Shown: positions 11,701-22,600 of the stretch, piece after piece
Position numbering within the stretch: the stretch's first letter is position 1
Layout: each line of letters starts with the position of its first letter
From: Eledone cirrhosa
Lineage: Eukaryota
Assembly: GCA_964016885.1 (NCBI GenBank)
Contig: OZ024741.1
Span: 24,614,001-24,678,000, forward strand
Reading direction: 5' to 3'
DNA length: 64,000 bases
Notes under the pieces: model-generated
Databases searched by the model: none
What the model was told of the DNA's origin: nothing
The model's input: the letters and a program-made list of their open reading frames with translations, nothing else
Position numbers and translations under genes: made by a program

Positions 11701-14700
11701 GAAGAACATTTAGAGTCGGACAATATAGAGGGAGAGTGGGAATGTCTGAAAGCAAACCTGCTGTTAGCGACAGACGAAGTCTGTGGCTGGAGCAGGCCTG
11801 TAGGCAGGAGGAGAGTAACATGGTGGTGGAACAGTAAGGTGGAGGGGTCAATTAAGGCCAAAAAGCAGGCTTGGAAAGTATGGCGGGATGGGGGAAGTAG
11901 AGAACACTATCAAGTGGCCAGGAGGGAAGCTAGGAGACAAGTGTACTTAGCAAGAAGGGAAGCTGAGGAAAGAAAGTTCAAGCATGTTCTACAACGCGAT
12001 GACCAAAAACGTGAGGTGTTCAGGATTGCTAGGCAATGCGTCAAGGAAAACCGTGATATTGTCGGGGAGAAGTGTGTACTAAACGACGATGGCACACTTG
12101 CCATCACCGACGCTGATAAGAAGGTAGCTTGGAAGTGTCACTATGAAAGGCTACTAAATGAGGAGAATAAATGGGAGAAAGACAGTCTCCCCCATATCGA
12201 CCCAATAGAGGGACCAGCAGTGTTAGTCGAGGGGAGTATAATAAGTAAGGCAATCAAGGATATGAAGACGGGTAAGGCGGCTGGGCCTTCGGAAATAGTT
12301 GCTGAGATGCTGAAGGCATCTGGCACGGTGGGACACACCATGGTCACCCGCATAGTTAACCAAGTCGTACAGAATGGGGTTGTTCCGAAGGACTGGCATA
12401 GCAGCATCATCGTTAACTGTTATAAGGGTAAAGGAGACGCCCTAGATAGGAGTAACTATAGAGGCATTAAATTAATCGACCAGGTCATGAAGGTCACGGA
12501 AAAAGTAATAGCGCAACTAATCAGAGAGAGAATTGACCTAGATGAAATGCAGTTCGGGTTTGTGTCAGGCAAAAGTACCACAGACGCTCTTTTCATAGTA
12601 CGACAACTACAGGAGAAGTACCTAGCTAAAGGTAAACTCCTCTACTTAGCTTTTGTCGACTTGGAGAAAGCCTTCGACAGAGTCCCCCGCTCCATTATCT
12701 GGTGGGCTCTTAGAAAACTAGGCGTTGACGAATGGCTTGTGAGGGCTATACAAGCCATGTATAAAGAAACAGTCAGCAAGGTTAGAATTAACAACGAATA
12801 TAGTGAAGAGTTTAGCGTAAAAGTTGGCGTCCATCAGGGCTCTGTTCTCAGCCCCCTACTATTTATTATTGCCCTTCAGGCTATAACAGAGGAGTTCAAG
12901 ACAGGCTGCCCATGGGAACTCCTATACGCAGACGACCTGACACTCATAGCGGAATCAATGGCCGAGCTAGAGAAGAAATTCCAAACATGGAAGCACGGCC
13001 TAGAGTCAAAAGGACTTAAAATTAACCTGGCTAAGACCAAAGTACTAGTTTGTAGGAAAGAAAACAAGGCGGCGGTCCCTTCTGGGAAATGGTCGTGCTC
13101 GGTGTGTAGGAAAGGCGTAGGTAGAAACTCCATTTTATGTCCTAAATGCAAAGTATGGGTGCATAAAAGATGTAGTGGGATCACAGGTAAGCTAACTAAG
13201 AACATAGATTTTACATGTGGCCGGTGTTCTGGTGCAATAAGTAGCAGCAAGTGCCCACAAAATACTAGCTCTTTCAATTGCGCAGAGGGTTCTATAGAAA
13301 TAGTGGACAGCTTCCGTTACCTGGGCGATAAAATCAGCAGTGGGGGAGGGTGCTCTGAAAGTACTGTAGCTAGAGTCAGAACTGGTTGGAAAAAGTTCAG
13401 AGAGCTTATACCACTATTAGCTGCTAAAGGGTTCTCCCTAAAAATGAAAGGCAGGTTGTACGATGCCTGCATACGAACAGCAATGCTGCATGGCAGTGAG
13501 ACCTGGGCATTGTGTGCAGAGGATATACACAGACTAGAGAGGAACGAAGCTTGCATGCTCCGCTGGATGTGTAACAGTAATATACGTGAACGGCAAAGCA
13601 TAAACGAACTAAGGAAAAAATTAGAGATAAGAGGGATCAGATGTTGTTTACTCGAGAGAAGACTACGTTGGTATGGACACGTGATGCGCATGAAAGTCGA
13701 TAGCTGTATAACAAAGTGCAGGGCAATAAAGATAGACGGTAGTCACGGAATAGGCAGACCTAGAAAAACCTGGGACGAGCTGATAAACTCCGACATCACA
13801 CACTTACACTGTACACACACTCCAAGACAATGTCACTGGACCGAGACCTTTGGCGGTACTCAGTAACAGAGAAGACCCGCCTTACCTAAATATATAGTAA
13901 AACCTACTCCAGCCAGTAGGCATCTCTAACAAAATACACCCCGTCCCACCACCACCACCCCCACCCCATCCACACCACCCCGTTCTATGTAAAGTTATGT
14001 TGGTGCCGCGCCATCGAGGCCGAAACAAATGAGATCGTGTAGGTGTCACGACAAAAAAACACACAGTCCACGCTGTAATGTGGCCGTGTAGGCAACACGG
14101 TAAAAACCTCCCAGACCCACACTGTAAATGTGGTTGGTGTTAGGAAGGGCATCCAACTGTAGAAAACCTGCCAGACAGTCCTATGCGAGCAAGACAATCA
14201 CTCTTGCCTCAAGTGGGACTACCCCCGTCCAAACCCATGCAAGCGTGGAACACGGACGTTAAACGTTGATGATGATGATGATGATGATATATATATATTA
14301 GAAAGTGAGGTTTTTTTTACAAAATGAAAAATAACCGAGGTGTCCTACACGAGTAAAAGTATAAAGAAAAAAAGATGAAATCGAAAATGCAACTGGAGTC
14401 TTATTTTAAAAAAAATATATATATTTATTTGGTTCCTTTACCGGTTTCGCAGTTCTTCTGCTTTTCAAAAGTAGAGTTGAGATGGAGGGTCTGTGGTTTT
14501 TCTCACATCTGAACTGCGAAACCGGTAAAGGAACCAAATAAATATATATATATATTTTTTTTAAAATAAGACTCCAGTTGCATTTTCGATTTCATCTTTT
14601 TTTATATATATATATATATATTACAGTATCACCACAGTTATCACATATACCTACACAAGAAGTGAAAGCAAAAAGAGAAGCTATAAGAAATAAAAGTGTA

Positions 14701-16662
14701 AAAGAAGATGAAAGACTTACCTATCTTCATAATCTTCATCTACAAAAGGGGCAATATAGAGGGTAGCTGTAGACGGAAATAAATAACCACTCTGGAATAG
14801 AAATGGACAATGTTGGTAGTGGTGATGGTGACAGTGGTGGTTGTTGTTGTGGAGGTGGTTGTGGTGGTGATTGTTGTTGTGGAGGTGGTTGCGGTGGTAG
14901 TTGTGGCTGTTCTTGTAGTGGGGTTATGTGGTGGAGGTGGAGGTTGTAGTGGTGGTGGCTGTTCTTGTGGTGATGGTGACAGTGGTGGTTGCTGTTCTTG
15001 TGGTGGTGGTGGTGGTGATTGTTGCTGGTCATGGTGACAGTGGTGGTGGCTGTTGTTATTGTTGTTGTGATGGTGGTGGTGGTGGTAGTTGTGTTGGGAG
15101 GGAGAGAGGTTATTATTAATGGTAGTAGTGGAGACAGTTTTGCTAGTGGTTACTTGTGTAAGATGCTTGTAATGACGGCACTAGTGGTAGAGTTGTGTGT
15201 GGTAGCCATAGTGGTGATGGCGGTACGGTGTTGGTTCTGATATCAAGAGGGTGTAGCGGAAGATAGGAAAGACAGTAGGAGATAGTAATTAATATTAAGT
15301 AGGAAAAGATGAGAGTGGGAGAAAAACTAAAAGAAGAGGAATAAGAGGAGGTGGTCTTTAGAGGTTACTTACTGATTTGAGCCATGTATCACGTGCATGA
15401 ATGACAGACTTCAGCATAGATTCATATAACAGGCAGTAACCCTGATAAAAAACATAGACAATAACTTTATACAATGTTTATATTAGATTTACCATATATA
15501 TTATAGTATATATGGTAAATCTAATATAAACTCAGAAATATGTGACAAATAAAGAAGAAAAAAAACTGATAAACTGGAGAGTAGATTTATATTTAGGTCA
15601 ATATTTACTCTTGGGTCTTGAATAATCGCCCACCCTCTATTCATTTTCAGACCCCCTCCCAGTTCTTATTCCCCCCCACCTCTTTCTCAGTTGATTTCTA
15701 ACAATGCATCATTTAGCTTGCCTCAGTCCACTTAACCATTTGGTTACCAACCTCGCCAAAACCATCTCTAGTTCTATGAAATAAAACCACCCATTTTAAA
15801 GGTTTCCAATTTGAATTAAAAGCTTCCAACAAAATTTTATATAAGAACCTTACATTTACTATCTTAGTAAATCTCTCAAAATTTTTCAATAATTAATCAA
15901 AATAGAGTGTATTTCATTAGAAATGTGGTCAAGAAAGAGTTAACTGACAAGACTTCTGAGCCAACAAAATAAACAGACTAGATTAGAAAAGCAAGAAACA
16001 CAATATGAAGAAGACAAAATTAAAACTCACCATCCACTCACTGACAATGATGTCGACTTTCTCAGGGAGAACAATATCCTGTAAGAAGAAAAATGAAAAA
16101 ATAATAGTAACAACAACAAAAACTGTATAATATATATGGCAGAATAGAAAAAAAACAACAATTATCTTGTGTATTTAGCCATGAAGAGCGATTACATCAT
16201 CATTCATGTAGTTACATGAAATGTTAAAAATTAGAGCAACGTACAGAAATAACATGTGGAGATAAAGAAGAAAAGGTTATGTTAAAATGTGGGAGATGGG
16301 GTCAGGATGTTATATAAAGAAGCCATTTTAAAAAGTGTAAAAATAAGGAAACATACGAAATAAATAATTATGGAGAAAACAATAAGACTTGATATTATTT
16401 AAGAATATGAGGGAGACAATAATTCACTGCTTAGGTTGGGTTAACAGATCCTATATCTCTGCTCACTATCTATTGTTCATACAACAGCCTTGTATACCCA
16501 TATTAGCATCTTCTGTGTGGGATGACTCCTAAAGGTTCCAACATCCCCTAGATATTCTTCCTTTAGTACATGATAATAGTCAGGGATTGGATTTATTGCT
16601 CAAGGTCAGCTAGACCTATTTGGCAACATTCATTGCACCATATCAGTTTTAGGTTCCATAGA

Positions 16663-16694
<32 letters not shown>

Positions 16695-19600
16695 ATGCAA
16701 ATGTGGAAAAATGGATGTAAAAACGACAATGATGATGACACACACACACATCATCATCACCATTTTACGTACATTTTTCCACGCTAGCAAGAGTTAGACG
16801 AGTTGACCTGTTGTGGGCAATGCTAGGTCAGGTGCCATGTCTTGCTCATACAGGGATGATTTCTACAGTTGGATGTCCTTCCTAACGCCAACCACTTTAC
16901 AGTGTAGACTGGGTGCATTTTGTTGTGACACCTACATGACCACTTTACAGCGTGGGACAACATACCATGTTTGCCCAGACTAACAACACTACATCTTATC
17001 ACTTTACCTCCACTTTTCCTTTTATCACAGATATCTTTGAGTCCATGTCATTCTCTTTGATGACCAGTTGTGTCTGAACTACCATATTGCTGGCTTCAAT
17101 GGCATACACTGGAATGAGAGACAGAGAGTTTATATATATAGTTGAAAATGAATGAACAAAACACAGGAGGCAATTGTACACAGTTATATTAGGTTCACGC
17201 TTGGTATATATATATAAAACCAAAGATTAATATGGTTCGTTGATTGCTCAATGAATACAGTTTTACAATAGATTAAAAACACTCAACAAGAAAGTTTTCC
17301 TGGAGTTTTTAATATTATTCAAATGAAAGATATTCACATAATCAAAATATATGCTTTATTATATATATTTCAAAGATACTGTGTTGTTTTTTTCCAGTAC
17401 GTCTTCATCAGATAAAATATATGATTTGATATATGACATACTGCTACTGTCTTGATTATACAATTCCAGTATATATGTGTGTGTGTGTGCACGCGCATGT
17501 GTGCTTGGGTATGTGTGTGTGTGTGTGCACGCACATGTGTGCTTGGGTATATGTGTGTGTGTGTGTGTGTGTGCAGAGAGAGAGAGAGATGTAAACTATG
17601 AAGGACTAATTGATAACATAGAGAGGAAAAAGAATAACTAATAGAATACTGTTTATATAGATAACATAGAAAGACTGGGAGTTGTAATACTTGGCAGAAT
17701 GTAGGGACAGTTAACAGAACAAATATGTAGGGGACATACAGATAACTGATTGAACACAGACAGATGTAGGGCTAACTGATGTGACACATATATAGGGCTA
17801 ACTATTATAACACAGATATAGGGCTAACTATTATAACACAGATATAGAGATAAGTGATTTAACAGATATAGGGCTAACTATTATAACACAGATATAGAGA
17901 TAAGTGATTTAACAGATATAGGGCTAACTATTATAACACAGATATAGAGATAAGTGATTTAACAGATATAGGGCTAACTATTATAACACAGATATAGAGA
18001 TAACTGTTATAACACAGATATAGGGTTAACTGTTATGACACATATATAGGGATAACTGTTATAACACAGATATAAGGGCAACAGATGTGACACAGATGTA
18101 GGGCTAACTGATATAACAGATATAGGGATAACTGATATGACACAGATATAAGGATAACTGATATAACACAGATTTAGAGATAACTGATATAACATAGATA
18201 TAGGGATAACTGTTATAACAATGTAAGTAATCTGATAGAAAGTACCTACCTTTCTTGGCTCCAGCATGAATGCAAAATATACTCAGAATTCCTGAAATAG
18301 ATAATATGGTAATATTTATATATCTGTATCTGTACACACACACACAAAGGCATATACAAACGCAACTGCAAAAGAACACTAACATAAACCTCCTATGACA
18401 TACATATACTGGGGTGCTGAAAAGTTCCTGGCTTTAAGGGTATCAGGGGAGATAGGAGCACTGGACCGCTGCAATAAGTGTGAATCAGAGGGGAATATAT
18501 CGAATAAAATCATAATTAACTGATCCTCCTGTGTTTTCTTTTACCCAAAGCCAGGAGCTTTTCAGCATCCTGGTAAAATGAGAGTTTAACATATCTTTAA
18601 ATATACATAACTATATAGTAAGACAAACATACAATAATTGTTTCTACTTTTTGACACAAGGCCAGCAATTACCCAGTGTTTTACTGGTACTTTATTTTAT
18701 CGACCCTGTAACGATGAAAGGCAAAGTTAACCTCGGCGGGATTTGAACTCAAAATGGAAAGGGCCGTAACACTATGCGTCCAAGCATGGCGTCCGACCCT
18801 CTACTGATACTGCCAATCAAACATACAATAATATTGAACAAACACACACATGTATACATACACATACACACATACATAGACAAATCAACTGAGATATCTG
18901 GTAGACACACCGATAAGAACATCTGGTGGATATACAGACAGATCAACAGAGATATCTGGTAGACCACAGACAAGAACATCTGGTGGATATACAGACAGAT
19001 CAACAGAGATATCTGGTAGACCACAAACAAGGACATCTGGTGGATATAGAGACAGATCAACAGAGATATCTGGTAGACCACAGACAAGGACATCTGGTGG
19101 ATATAGAGACAGATCAACAGAGATATCTGGTAGACCACAGACAAGGACATCTGGTGGATATACAGACAGATCAACAGAGATATCTGGTTGACCACAGACA
19201 AGGACATCTGGTGGATATAGAGACAGATCAACAGAGATATCTGGTAGACCACAGACAAGGACATCTGGTGGATATAGAGACAGATCAACAGAGATATCTG
19301 GTAGACCACAGACAAGGACATCTGGTGGATATAGAGACAGATCAACAGAGATATCTGGTAGACCACAGACAAGGACATCTGGTGGATATAGAGACAGATC
19401 AACAGAGATATCTGGTAGACCACAGACAAGGACATCTGGTGGATATAGAGACAGATCAACAGAGATATCTGGTTGACCACAGACAAGGACATCTGGTGGA
19501 TATAGAGACAGATCAACAGAGATATCTGGTAGACCACAGACAAGGACATCTGGTGGATATAGAGACAGATCAACAGAGATATCTGGTAGACCACAGACAA

Positions 19601-22600
19601 GGACATCTGGTGGATATAGAGACAGATCAACAGAGATATCTGGTAGACCACAGACAAGGACATCTGGTGGATATAGAGACAGATCAACAGAGATATCTGG
19701 TAGACCACAGACAAGGACATCTGGTGGATATAGAGACAGATCAACAGAGATATCTGGTAGACCACAGACAAGGACATCTGGTGGATATAGAGGAGACAGA
19801 TCAACAGAGATATCTGGTTGACCACAGACAAGGACATCTGGTGGATATAGAGACAGATCAACAGAGATATCTGGTAGACCACAGACAAGGACATCTGGTG
19901 GATATAGAGACAGATCAACAGAGATATCTGGTTGACCACAGACAAGGACATCTGGTGGATATAGAGACAGATCAACAGAGATATCTGGTAGACCACAGAC
20001 AAGGACATCTGGTGGATATAGAGACAGATCAACAGAGATATCTGGTAGACCACAGACAAGGACATCTGGTGGATATAGAGACAGATCAACAGAGATATCT
20101 GGTAGCCCACAGACAAGGACATCTGGTGGATATAGAGGAGACAGATCAACAGAGATATCTGGTAGACCACAGACAAGGACATCTGGTGGATATAGAGACA
20201 GATCAACAGAGATATCTGGTAGACCACAGACAAGGACATCTGGTGGATATAGAGACAGATCAACAGAGATATCTGGTAGACCACAGACAAGGACATCTGG
20301 TGGATATAGAGACAGATCAACAGAGATATCTGGTAGACCACAGACAAGGACATCTGGTGGATATAGAGACAGATCAACAGAGATATCTGGTAGACCACAG
20401 ACAAGGACATCTGGTGGATATAGAGACAGATCAAAAGAGATATCTGGTAGACCACAGACAAGGACATCTGGTGGATATAGAGACAGATCAACAGAGATAT
20501 CTGGTTGACCACAGACAAGGACATCTGGTGGATATAGAGATAGATCAACAGAGATAGCTGGTAGACCACAGACAAGGACATCTGGTGGATATAGAGACAG
20601 ATCAACAGAGATATCTGGTAGACCACAGACAAGGACATCTGGTGGATATAGAGACAGATCAACAGAGATATCTGGTTGACCACAGACACAAACTCCCAGC
20701 AGACATACAAACCTGTTCCAGCTCCAATATCAGCAATGACTTTATCTTTAAATAATTCCTGATTCTTGAGAATTGCCTCCCTGGAATATATAGAGCATTG
20801 GTTAATGTTAGTGGGATGTGGTTATAGTGTATTGCTTCTTATATAGAATGGTTGTAATAGTATAGTGTCTATACAGTGGGGTTGTAGTATAGGCCTTATA
20901 TAGTGTCATTACAGTGTGAGTCATATAGTGTAGGGCTTCTTTTATAGAATGGTTAAAGTATAGTGTTTATACAGTGGGGTTAAGTAACCCTTTCATGATC
21001 GTATTTCCAATGAAATACATTCTTTTTTAATTAATTAATAAAGAGTTTTGAGGGATTTATTAAAGCTATTAATTATTTCATTACTAAGATAGTAACTTAA
21101 TGTAAGGTTCTTATATCAAATTATGTTGGAAGATTTTAATTTAAATTGGAAACCTTTAAAATAAGTGGTTTTATTTCATAGAACCAGAGCCAATTTTGGC
21201 TGGGTTGGTAACTAAAAGGCTAAACAGATTGCCCTGTGGTTGGTAGTGTGGCGTTCTAATCTCACTGTCCTTGGCCATCAATATGTACTTCATCACCATC
21301 ACACATCTGCTTCATATGTTGTCATGGGTTGTTAAGGTCTAAATCAGTTCTTAATTGGAATTGTTGCCTTCCTAGATCGGTTGGCTATCACATTTTGCTC
21401 ATACATTATAATTTTTTGGCATCAGTAGTCAAATGGCCGTCTTAACACTAACCACTTTACAGAATGTACTGGGTGTTTATAATAAAAAAAATTAGTTGAC
21501 AAAAAACAAAACAAAAAAGCAGAACAGAACAGCCATAGGTGTATAAAATACTGGGAAAATTCTCACCTGTAGGTCATCGTACGGACAGTGTCCATAAGCA
21601 TCTCCTCATGTACCTCAATACTGGCATAGCCACTGCAAACAGTTAAAGTGTAATTAGAAATTATGGCAGTGTGTGTGGGATACAGTAGCATGTTTGTTTG
21701 GGAACAAGAAATCATATTGGTCCTGTTCATCATCATTTAACAACCATTTTCCCTGTTAGCATGGATTGGACAGATTAAGAAAGACTTGATAGGAGCTACT
21801 GTCCTCTCAGATGGGCCAGGAGCCACATCTTGCTAACATTTTCGCACTTTAGAGTGCACGAGGTATGTTTTGGCATGGCACCAGCACTAGAAAGGTAGTT
21901 ATGTCTTTGACATAACTGAAAGGTCCACTCAACTCCTTGTATGGCAAGTTTTCTATGGCTGATGCCCTTACTATCAACAACGACTTTACAGATTGTATTG
22001 AGTGCATGGCACCAATACTAGGGAGAGTGTTATGTTTGACACAACAGAAAACCCTTCACAGCCTTTTTTTGGCAAGTTTTCTAAGACTAAATACCCTTCC
22101 TTTCACCAACCAATATGTGAAAACCAAAAGGTTGTTGGAGTGGCAGAGATAGTAGAGAGTGCTTGACTAGAGAAATAGCATTGTGGTATTTAGAAATATT
22201 TTTTTATGTTCTGGGTTTATATTCTTGTCTTGTCTGAACATTGACTTAGCTTCTTTTTGCCCTTCCCAAGTTGAATATCAGCAATATCATTGATTAACTG
22301 TGGCATATTGCTGGGGGAATAGCTTGTAGATATCATTGATCAGCAGTGCGTATTGTTGGGGGTGCATAGAAGTGCAGCTGTACCCCGCAAAAAAAATGTT
22401 GGAAAATTTGGTTTTGTCAGAAAATTCTTTAATTTTTGAAAAATATTGTATACTTTGCTTGATTATTTTAATTATACAAAACACAACAACATATGAACAA
22501 TACAATAATTGTTTCTACTTTAGGCACAAGGCCAGCAATTACCCAGTGCATTACTGGTACTTTATTTTATCGACCCCGGCGGGATTTGAACTCAGATCGT

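Noticed and set aside
14736-15240. His/Pro/Gln-rich and poly-Val ORFs
   Set aside because: (GGT/GTT)n simple repeat; the real exon 9 uses another frame.
15476-15531. Short AT-rich perfect hairpin
   Set aside because: No recognisable motif; such fold-backs around TA runs are common in this window.
18749-20710. 653-aa and 543-aa ORFs on opposite strands
   Set aside because: By-product of a stop-free 57-bp (3n) minisatellite in an intron; no domain signal.
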